Source of the DNA: Sedimentisphaerales bacterium
Lineage (GTDB): Bacteria; Planctomycetota; Phycisphaerae; Sedimentisphaerales; SM23-30
Length of the DNA stretch: 64,000 nt
Reading direction: 5' to 3' (one strand)
NCBI GenBank assembly: GCA_963666285.1
Contig: OY762711.1
The position numbers were made by a program, and so were the translations under genes. Of this stretch, positions 55,211 through 64,000 are shown one piece after another. Positions within the stretch are counted from its first letter, which is position 1. The number at the start of each line of letters is the position of its first letter. The notes under the pieces were generated by a model. It was not told where the DNA came from. It saw only the letters and a list, made by a program, of their open reading frames with translations, and ran no database searches.

Positions 55211-56527
55211 ATGGCAAAAACAACTTCTAAAAAGAATGTGAAAAAATCCCCCACTGTCGGCATCATCGGCCTCGGTTATGTTGGCCTGCCGCTTGCCATA
55301 GAGTTCGTCCGCGGCGGAGCATCTGTTATTGGCTTCGATATCAGCGATGCCGCCGTCAAACGAATTAACTCCGGCAAAAGCCCGCTCAAACACATCCCGC
55401 ACGAGCATATTACCGAGATGGTCAAGTCCAAACGCTTCAAGGCCACCGGCGACATGAAACTCATGAAAAAGCCGGACGCTCTTATCCTCTGCGTGCCTAC
55501 CCCGCTCACCGAAAACCGCGAGCCGGATATGTACTACGTCGAAGAGTCCTGCCGTACTGTTGCTAAATATCTCCGTAAAGGCCAGCTCGTCGTCCTCGAA
55601 AGCACAACCTATCCCGGCACAACCAACGAAGTTATGAAGCCAATTCTCGAAGCATCCGGTCTCAAAGCCGGCAAGGACTTCCACATGGCATATTCGCCCG
55701 AACGCGAAGATCCCGGCAACGCACATTTCAACACTCGCACAATCCCGAAGGTCATCGGTGCCATCGACAAGCCATCCATGGACTTCGCCCTCAACATATA
55801 CAGCTGCGCCATCGACACCATGATCCCAGTAGACAGCTGCGAAACAGCCGAAGCTATCAAAATCGTCGAAAACGTCTATCGTTGCGTCAATATCGCGATG
55901 GTTAACGAACTCAAGCAGCTCTTTGACCGCATGGGCATCGATGTCTGGGAAGTCGTCCGCGGCGCGAGCTCAAAACCATTCGGCTACCAGCCGTTCTACC
56001 CCGGCCCCGGTCTTGGTGGCCATTGCATCCCGATCGACCCGTTCTACCTCACCTGGAAGGCTCGCCAGTACGGCATGCCTACCCGTTTTATAGAGCTCGC
56101 CGGTGAGATCAATACTAATATGCCTCACTATGTTGTTCATCGTACCATGGAGGCTTTAAATGATCAAAAAAAGAGTCTCAAAGGATCAAAAGTACTCGTT
56201 CTCGGTCTTGCCTATAAAAAAGACATCGACGATATCCGCGAATCGCCATCCCTCGAGCTTATCGAACTGCTGCTCGAAAAGGGTGCCAAAGTCGATTATA
56301 ACGACCCGTATATCCCGCAGACCAAAAAGACTCGCGAATATAATCTCAAAATGAAATCAATCCAGCTCACCCCGGCCAATATCAAAAAATACGATTGCGT
56401 CCTTATCGCCACCGCCCACAGTGAATACGACATGGACATGATAGTCAAAAATGCCAGGCTCGTGGTCGATACCCGCAACGCCTGTGCTGATGTTAAAGTC
56501 GGCAGGCAAAAAGTCGTCAAATCTTAA
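55211..56527 (+). CDS. Nucleotide-sugar 6-dehydrogenase (UDP-GlcNAc 6-dehydrogenase, WbpA-like)
   Basis: IGLGYVGLPL, CVPTPL, LESTTYPGTT, SPEREDPGN, K..EN.YR.VNIA..NE, FYPGPGLGGHCIPIDP, GLAYKKDIDD.RESP. Confidence 0.93.
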   Translation: MAKTTSKKNVKKSPTVGIIGLGYVGLPLAIEFVRGGASVIGFDISDAAVKRINSGKSPLKHIPHEHITEMVKSKRFKATGDMKLMKKPDALILCVPTPLTENREPDMYYVEESCRTVAKYLRKGQLVVLESTTYPGTTNEVMKPILEASGLKAGKDFHMAYSPEREDPGNAHFNTRTIPKVIGAIDKPSMDFALNIYSCAIDTMIPVDSCETAEAIKIVENVYRCVNIAMVNELKQLFDRMGIDVWEVVRGASSKPFGYQPFYPGPGLGGHCIPIDPFYLTWKARQYGMPTRFIELAGEINTNMPHYVVHRTMEALNDQKKSLKGSKVLVLGLAYKKDIDDIRESPSLELIELLLEKGAKVDYNDPYIPQTKKTREYNLKMKSIQLTPANIKKYDCVLIATAHSEYDMDMIVKNARLVVDTRNACADVKVGRQKVVKS

Positions 56528-56540
56528 TTAGGAACTATAT

Positions 56541-57557
56541 ATGTCCAAAAAGAAAATACTAATAACCGGTGCTGCAGGGTTTATAGGCTCTAATTTTGTT
56601 AGGATGCTAATTACTCATCCAGAACAACAATATGATATAATCGCTCTGGATGCCTTGACTTATGCTGGTAATCTGAAAAATCTGGCCGAATTTGAAGGAA
56701 AATCCGGCTATAGTTTTGTCAAAGCAGACATCTGTGATGAGTCTGTTATAAATGAACTCATTCAGGAATGTGACATTGTAGTCAATTTTGCCGCGGAAAG
56801 CCATGTGGATCGCTCAATTATGGGATCTGAGCCATTCGTGCGGACTAATATCGAAGGAACACGTGTGTTGCTTGATGCCTGTAAACAGCATGGCATAGAC
56901 CGATATCATCAAGTCTCCACCGACGAAGTATATGGCACACTTGGAAAAACCGGTTTCTTTACCGAAACCACCCCCCTGGCACCAAACAGCCCATATAGTG
57001 CTTCTAAAGCCGGGGCCGACCTATTAGTTAGAGCCTACCATGAAACATTTGGCTTCCCTGCCACAATTACCCGCTGCTCTAATAACTACGGCTGCTGGCA
57101 TTTTCCGGAAAAGCTTATCCCCCTGTTTGTTACCAACTTAATTGATAACAAAAAAGTACCGGTATATGGTGATGGTATGCAGGTAAGAGACTGGCTGCAT
57201 GTAACAGATCACTGCAAAGCTATCCTTTGTGTCATTGAAAATGCAAATGATGGTTCAATTTACAATGTAGGCGGTAACAACGAACAATATAACATAGATA
57301 TCACCAAAATGATACTTAAACATCTTAATAAAGACGATAGTTATATTGAGCATGTTACCGACAGACTGGGGCATGACCGCCGCTATGCAATCGATGCAAG
57401 TAAGATAAAAAATGATCTCGGATGGGAACCGATAGTTAATTTCGAACAGGGCTTAGCAGAAACCATAGAGTGGTATCTAAATAATGAGTCCTGGTGGCGA
57501 AAGATCAAGAGCGGCGAATATATGAAATTCTATGAACAGTACTACGGTAATAGATAA
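56541..57557 (+). CDS. rfbB: dTDP-glucose 4,6-dehydratase
   Basis: ITGAAGFIGSNF, DALTYAGN, FAAESHVDRSI, VSTDEVYG, PNSPYSASKA, RCSNNYG, RDWLHV.DH, DR.GHDRRYA. Confidence 0.95.
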   Translation: MSKKKILITGAAGFIGSNFVRMLITHPEQQYDIIALDALTYAGNLKNLAEFEGKSGYSFVKADICDESVINELIQECDIVVNFAAESHVDRSIMGSEPFVRTNIEGTRVLLDACKQHGIDRYHQVSTDEVYGTLGKTGFFTETTPLAPNSPYSASKAGADLLVRAYHETFGFPATITRCSNNYGCWHFPEKLIPLFVTNLIDNKKVPVYGDGMQVRDWLHVTDHCKAILCVIENANDGSIYNVGGNNEQYNIDITKMILKHLNKDDSYIEHVTDRLGHDRRYAIDASKIKNDLGWEPIVNFEQGLAETIEWYLNNESWWRKIKSGEYMKFYEQYYGNR

Positions 57558-57583
57558 GCGATTTTTTGATACAATCTCATAAT

Positions 57584-58546
57584 ATGAAAAATATTCATGC
57601 AATTATTCTAGCTGGTTCTATTGACTTTGGTAGATGCAAAATTGCCAGTAAAATACCGGTTTGCAACTGGCCTGTATTAGATAAACCTGCAATAATAAGA
57701 ATCCTTGACTGGATACATAACAGTGGTATTAAGTCGGCTACCATATGTCTTGACGGAGACTATTCAATCCTTGAAAAAGAAATTATTTCATATTCTCCTG
57801 ACATAAAAGTAGATTTTTTAACAGAAACAATGCCATGGGGAACAGCGGGCTGCATTCGAGAAGTTATAAAATCAAAAGATCTTGATACCTTTTTTGTTTG
57901 CAAAGCAGCAATGCTTCTACCACCTTCTATCTCTGATCTACTGGTCAATCATATTAATTCAAATAAATTATTAACTGTTGCTATTAACCCTGCTCAAAAA
58001 CATATTCAAACATTCTATGAAGCCACAGGAGCTTATGTATGCAGTAAAGAAATAGCTGACTATATCCCCAAATTAGGTTATTGCGATATCAAAGAAAGAC
58101 TAATCCCATATATGATACAAAAAGGAAAAAAAATAAATGCTTTTTTATTAGAAAAAAAGACCGGCCCATTCCGTGACCTGGAATCATATTATAATTCTAT
58201 TCAAAATTCACTCTCTGACCTGATAAAAATATTTAATAAACCTGACAAATATAATATTCATAACAACAATATTTTAATAGCTAAATCAGCTAGCATCTCT
58301 AGTAATACAAAGTTATTTGGCCCTGTTGCAATATTGGATAATGTTAAAATAGAAGACAGTATCATATTTGGACCTACTGTAATTTCTAACAATGTCACCA
58401 TTAATAGTAATTCGTTTCTGGAATCATCAATAATATGGAATAATACCACTATTGGAAACAAATCTTCTATTAGAAAATGCTTAATTAATACAAACGCCAC
58501 ACTCCCAGCCAAAACAGTAAAAAATAAAGAAGTAATATATAGCTAA
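57584..58546 (+). CDS. NDP-sugar pyrophosphorylase-like protein with C-terminal left-handed beta-helix, degenerate active site
   Basis: AIILAG, W.VLDKP, E.MPWGTAG.I, G.Y, DIKE.LIP, hexapeptide repeats. The GxGTR and PK motifs are absent. Confidence 0.75.
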   Translation: MKNIHAIILAGSIDFGRCKIASKIPVCNWPVLDKPAIIRILDWIHNSGIKSATICLDGDYSILEKEIISYSPDIKVDFLTETMPWGTAGCIREVIKSKDLDTFFVCKAAMLLPPSISDLLVNHINSNKLLTVAINPAQKHIQTFYEATGAYVCSKEIADYIPKLGYCDIKERLIPYMIQKGKKINAFLLEKKTGPFRDLESYYNSIQNSLSDLIKIFNKPDKYNIHNNNILIAKSASISSNTKLFGPVAILDNVKIEDSIIFGPTVISNNVTINSNSFLESSIIWNNTTIGNKSSIRKCLINTNATLPAKTVKNKEVIYS

Positions 58547-58552
58547 ATAATT

Positions 58553-59257
58553 ATGAAAAAACATGTTACATTCATTTCCGCAATCTTGATTCTTATCCTT
58601 TCTGGTATAGCATACCAATATACTGAAAAGCTATACGGCAGTGGCTCTTTGCGCAAGATCATTCTACCAGTACCTTTAAGCTGTTTCCCTATAAAATTTG
58701 ATAAATGGTCTGGAAAAGAAGTGCCTCTTTCAGATGCTGTCCAGAAAGTTGCCGGCAACGACGATTTCATTAATAGACAGTATACAAATATACAAGAAAA
58801 TAAATGGGCTTCGTTTTACGTTGCATATACAGGTCAACCAAGAAACATGCTTGGGCACCGCCCGACAATATGTTATGTCGGAGCCGGATGGATTCATCAG
58901 GATACTAAAATTACTGACTTTACAAGTATAAATGGTACTACCTTTCCGTGCCTGATTCATTATTTCAGCAAACCCAAACCCGATTCTACATCAATTGTCG
59001 TATTAAACTACTATATTCTCAATGGCATTCCAACAAACAAGGAATCTGAATTCAACAGCCTGGCATTTCGATTGCCAAATGTAGACGGTGAAATTGCTAA
59101 ATATGTAGCCCAAATACAGATAAGTTCAACTGTTGAGTCAAATGTTCTTGACCTTGCGGCAATAACTGCCGATGACATAATAAAATATCTGCCCAACGAA
59201 AAAGGAGTAGTTCCCATAACTATTGAAACAAAACAGGAGAATAATTCTGGAAAATAA
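58553..59257 (+). CDS. Exosortase-associated EpsI family protein
   Basis: N-terminal TM; L..FP....KW.G, DD.INR.Y, YVAY, HRP.ICY.GAGW. Confidence 0.85.
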   Translation: MKKHVTFISAILILILSGIAYQYTEKLYGSGSLRKIILPVPLSCFPIKFDKWSGKEVPLSDAVQKVAGNDDFINRQYTNIQENKWASFYVAYTGQPRNMLGHRPTICYVGAGWIHQDTKITDFTSINGTTFPCLIHYFSKPKPDSTSIVVLNYYILNGIPTNKESEFNSLAFRLPNVDGEIAKYVAQIQISSTVESNVLDLAAITADDIIKYLPNEKGVVPITIETKQENNSGK

Positions 59258-60149
59258 ATTGAACAATGGTATACAAAGTAAAACTCCTATAATAAAGTTT
59301 TACTTAACTTTGTTGATTATTTCGTTTTTATGGTCTTTTTTTCCGCACATTGCTGACCTTTGGAGAATGTGGATGAACTCTGATGAATACTCATCCGGAT
59401 TACTTGTACCATTTATATCTGGATATATTTTATATTCCAGGATAACAAAGCAAAAAGATAATCAGATTAAAGTCTTCTGGCCGGCATTTATTTTTCTCTT
59501 GCTTTCACAAACACTTCGAGTAGCCGGTGTGTTATTGATGTCAGCTTTTTTAATGCGTATTTCTCTTCTTTTCACAGTATATTCACTATTATTACTTGTC
59601 CTTGGATATAAAATATGCTTAAAAAATTATGCAGTTTTCCTTTTTATGATATTAATGGTTCCTTTACCAAACAGTATTCATAGTTTAATCAGCCCGCAAT
59701 TACAACACTGGGCAACAGAATCTGCTATCTTTTTACTGGAAGTCTTGGGATACAAGGTTCAAAATGAAGGTAATATAATCTATATAAATAATACCAGCGT
59801 TGCTGTCGCCGAAGCCTGTAACGGCCTTAGAATGATAACTGCTTTCTTTGTAACAAGTGGTTTAATAGCTCTTATAATAAATAAGCCTGTATGGCAAAAA
59901 GCTACAATCTTTATATCAACATTACCGATAGCAATTATCTGCAATACAATCAGACTTGTAATAACTTCTATTGCATTCACGTTAATTAGTGGAGATGAGT
60001 GGGAAAACCTTTTCCATGATTTTGGCGGATTTGCAATGATGCCTTTAGCTATATTATTAGTTGTTTTGGAAATCGGTTTTATGAATATTATTACTGTTAA
60101 CGAAGGTCAAAAAGATATTGTTGATGACCATACCATAGAATTTAAGTAG
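59223..60149 (+). CDS. Exosortase (EpsH/XrtA family)
   Basis: W...DEYS.G.LVP, MVPLP, EGN.I, catalytic-type VAEACNGLR (Cys), N.IR (Arg), FHDF.G (His). Start uncertain. Confidence 0.9.
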   Translation: MKQNRRIILENKLNNGIQSKTPIIKFYLTLLIISFLWSFFPHIADLWRMWMNSDEYSSGLLVPFISGYILYSRITKQKDNQIKVFWPAFIFLLLSQTLRVAGVLLMSAFLMRISLLFTVYSLLLLVLGYKICLKNYAVFLFMILMVPLPNSIHSLISPQLQHWATESAIFLLEVLGYKVQNEGNIIYINNTSVAVAEACNGLRMITAFFVTSGLIALIINKPVWQKATIFISTLPIAIICNTIRLVITSIAFTLISGDEWENLFHDFGGFAMMPLAILLVVLEIGFMNIITVNEGQKDIVDDHTIEFK

Positions 60150-60157
60150 GTGTAAAA

Positions 60158-62530
60158 ATGCCGGAATTAAATCCATATCCAGAAAATTTTGTCCCAAGTT
60201 CAACAATTCAGCCTCAATATACCAGCTCAATTGTCCCTTATGACGCTGCCAATCAGTTACCTGAAAACATTAGTAGCGGCTCTCAAAATATTATGCCGAA
60301 ATTGATTAGAAAGTGGCCTGTTATTGCTATTATTACAATCCTGATTTGCTCATTCGCAATCCCTGGAATATTGCTTTTTAGCAAAAATACTTTTGAGGCT
60401 CAAATTCTTATCGAAGTACTTCCAATTACTCCAACTGTTCTAACCGACCCTGATGACTCAGCTAAAACATACGCATATGATTCATATAAAAACACACAAG
60501 CCAAAAAAATACTCAGTGAAAGCGTCTTGCAAAAAACATCTTACGAACTTACAGAAATACCACTTGAAACTTTCATTATCCCCGAAAAAACCTTCTCTGG
60601 CCGCCTCAAACAAGCTTGGATATATAAAGATCTTAGCTTCATAACAAATCCAGAATCGGATATATATAACAAACTTCAAAACATGATTGCAAACCAGCAA
60701 ATACAGGCATCTTCAGATAGACATAGCAATTTCATAATCTTATCGGTAACCACAACCAGCAAAAATGATGCTAAAGTTATTGCTGATCAGATACGAAACA
60801 GTTACAAAGAAATAGTCGTGAAAAACATTGACAATATCGACACAAAACTTAACACACTAAGAAATGAGATGGACACTTTAGCTAGTGAAATAGACAGGCA
60901 GGAAAAACAAATCTTAGTTTCTACCTTACAATATGGTAGAAACTTATCACGCAGACACGATATGGAAATATCAAAAATTGAAGGTATAGATGAACAGATC
61001 ATATCAGCAAAAGAAGAAATGAACAGACTGGATAAAAGGGTAAAAGAACTAAAAGAAAGTGTTACAGAATTACCAACTCTTCCTGATAATTTCACAAAAT
61101 CAATATCAGAACAACAAAGTGCTTATATAAACACCGATGAAAGAATTAAAAGACTTAACGAAAGTATAATGAAAGCTGAAGAAGAGCTTCTCAACGCTAA
61201 ACAATATCTAAATGAAGACAACCCGGAACTAGAAAAAAAGAAAAATTTGATTCGAGAAATTGAAGAAAAAGTAAAGAAAAGAGAAGAGGAACTTACAAAT
61301 AAATTCAACCAGATTGTTGAAAATGAGAAAAAAATGGCTCTGGCAGACATTCAAAAAAGAAATGAAGATGAATTAAAACAGGCAACTGAAATTTATAATG
61401 AACAAGTAAGTTATCTCGATAAACTTGAAGGTACAAGAGAGCTGGCTAATGAAGAAGCAAAAAAAATTGGCCGACTTGAAGTTGATATTCAAAGAAAAGA
61501 AGATGAATTGACACAAATCAAAACACTGCACCGGCAAATTAGCGACACTATTAATAAACTTTTAATTGAAAGCGAGCGACCTCAAAGAATCAAAGCAGAT
61601 GGAATTGCTGCAGTTACTGATAGAGGAAATAAAAAAATTAAACTTCTCGGCGGAAGTATATTTGCCGCCTTAGCTGCCGGACTGGCATTTGCTTTTCTAC
61701 TTGTGAAAACTGACAGTAGCCTGCACTCCCCTGATGATATTATAAAACAGGCAGGCTTAGCAATTGTAGGTACTACTATTGACACAAAATCAGTTAAGAA
61801 AAAAGACCTTACTCAATTTATGTCGATGGATTTCCAAAATATCAGGGCAAACCTGAAATTACTCAATGGTGGCGAAATACCCCAAAAGATCCTGATCACA
61901 AGTGCTGAACCAAGAGAAGGGAAGACTTCACTTGCCATTAACTTAGCTTCATCACTATCAAGAAGCGGTAATAGAGTACTTTTAATTGATGGCGATCTTA
62001 GAAAACCTGATTTACATCGCATATTGAACCTTCATGGTATAACAGTTGGTTTACGTGAGGTAGCAAGCGGTATCTGTATATATGAAGATGCCGTTTTCGA
62101 AGAATACCATCCAAATCTGGATGTGCTTAGAGCTTGTGGAAGCACAAATTTTGACAGTGTTCAACTTTTAAGCGCTCGCGGTATCAGTGAATTTCTGGAA
62201 AGAATGGAAAACAAGTACGATAATATTATAATCGACTCATCACCTGTTCTTGCCGCTCCAGATGCACTCCTTTGGGCGCGTCTAACTGACGCTGTTGTTT
62301 TAAGTTCGCTATCCGGACGAACAACCGGCCCTTCCTTAAAAACTACTATCGAAAGACTTTCAAAACTAAATGTTAAAATCCTGGGCAATGTTCTTGCCAG
62401 CGTTAAAAGCGGGGCCGGATATGGCAGCGGCTATTACTATGATTATACATATGGCAATGAGTCATATACAAAATCCAACAAGAATAATAATTATCGTAAT
62501 TTGATTATTGACACAAACTCGCAAATATAA
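60158..62530 (+). CDS. wzc: Wzc-type polysaccharide co-polymerase / tyrosine autokinase
   Basis: Two TM helices flanking a coiled coil; Walker A SAEPREGKTS, LIDGDLRKP, IIIDSSP; Tyr cluster GYGSGYYYDYTYG. Confidence 0.9.
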   Translation: MPELNPYPENFVPSSTIQPQYTSSIVPYDAANQLPENISSGSQNIMPKLIRKWPVIAIITILICSFAIPGILLFSKNTFEAQILIEVLPITPTVLTDPDDSAKTYAYDSYKNTQAKKILSESVLQKTSYELTEIPLETFIIPEKTFSGRLKQAWIYKDLSFITNPESDIYNKLQNMIANQQIQASSDRHSNFIILSVTTTSKNDAKVIADQIRNSYKEIVVKNIDNIDTKLNTLRNEMDTLASEIDRQEKQILVSTLQYGRNLSRRHDMEISKIEGIDEQIISAKEEMNRLDKRVKELKESVTELPTLPDNFTKSISEQQSAYINTDERIKRLNESIMKAEEELLNAKQYLNEDNPELEKKKNLIREIEEKVKKREEELTNKFNQIVENEKKMALADIQKRNEDELKQATEIYNEQVSYLDKLEGTRELANEEAKKIGRLEVDIQRKEDELTQIKTLHRQISDTINKLLIESERPQRIKADGIAAVTDRGNKKIKLLGGSIFAALAAGLAFAFLLVKTDSSLHSPDDIIKQAGLAIVGTTIDTKSVKKKDLTQFMSMDFQNIRANLKLLNGGEIPQKILITSAEPREGKTSLAINLASSLSRSGNRVLLIDGDLRKPDLHRILNLHGITVGLREVASGICIYEDAVFEEYHPNLDVLRACGSTNFDSVQLLSARGISEFLERMENKYDNIIIDSSPVLAAPDALLWARLTDAVVLSSLSGRTTGPSLKTTIERLSKLNVKILGNVLASVKSGAGYGSGYYYDYTYGNESYTKSNKNNNYRNLIIDTNSQI

Positions 62531-62578
62531 TCTCTCATAGTAGAAAAACAAATTAAACAGCCGCGAATTTCCCCTAAT

Positions 62579-64000
62579 ATGGACTACCTGATACTACATC
62601 ACACAGATAATTCTGACAACGTTTTACAAAATCTAATAGCTAGTGGCCTGTTTTCCAGTGCTTCTTTAACTAAATCCATAATAAACGCACATCCATATCT
62701 AGTGGAAAACGAAACTCATTTTGCTTCTTCTGCTATTTTCAACATTATCGAACAAAATAACTCTAATGTCTCTAGCTTTTCACACGAATCTCCATTACAC
62801 TTAAATACAAGCAGCGTTGTGAATAATAGAATGATTTTATCCAACGCTCGATATATATTCGACTTTAATACTGAACCGTTAGCTTCAATCTGTAATAATA
62901 TTCATTCTGATATAGTAACAATAGAAATCGATCAAAACCTTTCTGGTTTCCGGGAAAAATTTACTTTTGATTCAAACGGTAACATAGCAGGCATAAGACG
63001 TGTATTTTCTGATTCTATTGTAACAACTTCTGTTCCCAAAGAGTGGCCACATATAATTTACATTCAAAAACCTTCCATTCTGAACACTTCAAATATATCG
63101 CACCTTCCATTAGATTTTGATGAATTTATCTCATTATGCAACAGACATTCATTAACAGTTAAAAGTATTAGAATTGCTGGAAAAGCGTACGACTTATTTG
63201 AATGCGGCTCATTTCTGAAATTTACCGAACAATGCCTGGAACACAATTTCTTGAATAAGTCAAGGCCGGCAAATTTTCATAAATCATCCAGGATTTATGG
63301 GAATATAGCTTTTGGGGAGAATGTTAAAGTAGGTAGAAATTGTATTATTGTTGGACCATGTATTATTGGAAACAATATCACTATACCAGACAACACTGCT
63401 ATAAGAAACTCCATTATTCTATGTCAGCCTAAAGTTACAAATAAAATAATTGAAAATACTTTTATCACAGATTCAAGCAACCACAAACAATATCACCTAG
63501 AGATGTCCCAGGAAATTAAGCTTAAAAAAGCAATGTTTAGATATTTTTCATCCTGGTCATATCCCGGAATATGGAAAAGATTAGCTGATATACTTTTTGC
63601 CTCAGTATTTTTACTAGCATCACTTCCTGTATTTATTGCCGTTGCTATCGCTATCAAAATATCGTCTCCCGGACCAGTTTTTTTCAAACATAAAAGGCAA
63701 GGGCTGCATGGAAAAGAATTTGGCTGTACAAAATTCCGAACAATGATTGTAGGTGCTGATGACATCCAAGACCAACTTAGAAAAATCAACGAAGTTGATG
63801 GTCCTCAATTTAAAATGGATGACGATCCCAGGGTTAATGCAATTGGCAAGTTCCTGCGTGATACCGGAATTGATGAATTCCCGCAATTTATAAATGTCCT
63901 TAAGGGACAAATGTCTGTCGTTGGCCCCCGCCCTTCTCCAGAAAAGGAAAATGCTTTTTGTGCGTATTGGCGTGATGCAAGGCTTTCTGTAAGACCAGGT
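62579..64000 (+). CDS. Priming sugar (phosphoglycosyl) transferase with N-terminal degenerate nucleotidyltransferase/beta-helix region; truncated at window end
   Basis: Not in the ORF track because it has no stop. Open from ATG 62579 to the end: ...WKRLADI..SPGPVFFKHKRQGLHGKEF..KFRTM..DPRV..IGKFLR.TGIDE.PQ.INVLKGQMSVVGPRP..R.SVRPG, preceded by IYGNIAFGENVKVGRNCIIVGPCIIGNN hexapeptides. Confidence 0.9.
   Translation, partial: MDYLILHHTDNSDNVLQNLIASGLFSSASLTKSIINAHPYLVENETHFASSAIFNIIEQNNSNVSSFSHESPLHLNTSSVVNNRMILSNARYIFDFNTEPLASICNNIHSDIVTIEIDQNLSGFREKFTFDSNGNIAGIRRVFSDSIVTTSVPKEWPHIIYIQKPSILNTSNISHLPLDFDEFISLCNRHSLTVKSIRIAGKAYDLFECGSFLKFTEQCLEHNFLNKSRPANFHKSSRIYGNIAFGENVKVGRNCIIVGPCIIGNNITIPDNTAIRNSIILCQPKVTNKIIENTFITDSSNHKQYHLEMSQEIKLKKAMFRYFSSWSYPGIWKRLADILFASVFLLASLPVFIAVAIAIKISSPGPVFFKHKRQGLHGKEFGCTKFRTMIVGADDIQDQLRKINEVDGPQFKMDDDPRVNAIGKFLRDTGIDEFPQFINVLKGQMSVVGPRPSPEKENAFCAYWRDARLSVRPG

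Noticed and set aside
55166..55726. 186-aa minus-strand ORF
   Set aside because: Antisense shadow of the GC-rich dehydrogenase gene.

Overview
Bacterial chromosomal window, probably from a Planctomycetota/Phycisphaerae (Sedimentisphaerales-like) organism. That placement is inferred from the ECF sigma/FecR-NPCBM pair and from secreted LamG proteins ending in a Cys-containing dockerin-like tail. Bases 1-29 kb hold a glycan-sensing ECF/anti-sigma unit, DUF485-actP, a five-module fused FAD/Fe-S amino-acid oxidoreductase, maf, proA, a DRE-TIM aldolase-like gene, GH43, proS, GH78, GH10-like and GT9-like genes that look catalytically degenerate, a beta-CASP RNase and a GNAT-M20 pair. Bases 29-40 kb encode one 3682-aa secreted protein: an AT-rich N-terminal tip resembling an alpha/alpha-toroid polysaccharide lyase, PKD/LamG/FN3 domains, about 20 Ig/cadherin-like repeats, and a C-terminal ZU5-like domain carrying an HFS autoproteolysis-type motif. 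Divergent from it, 41-64 kb is an AT-rich Wzx/Wzy exopolysaccharide locus with exosortase/EpsI, an IS5 remnant and two degenerate nucleotidyltransferase-like domains. The best candidate for an undescribed system is this giant stalk protein, whose lyase-like tip may be exchanged together with the neighbouring EPS locus. No rRNA, tRNA or CRISPR array was seen. All family calls come from recognising motifs by eye; no searches were run.
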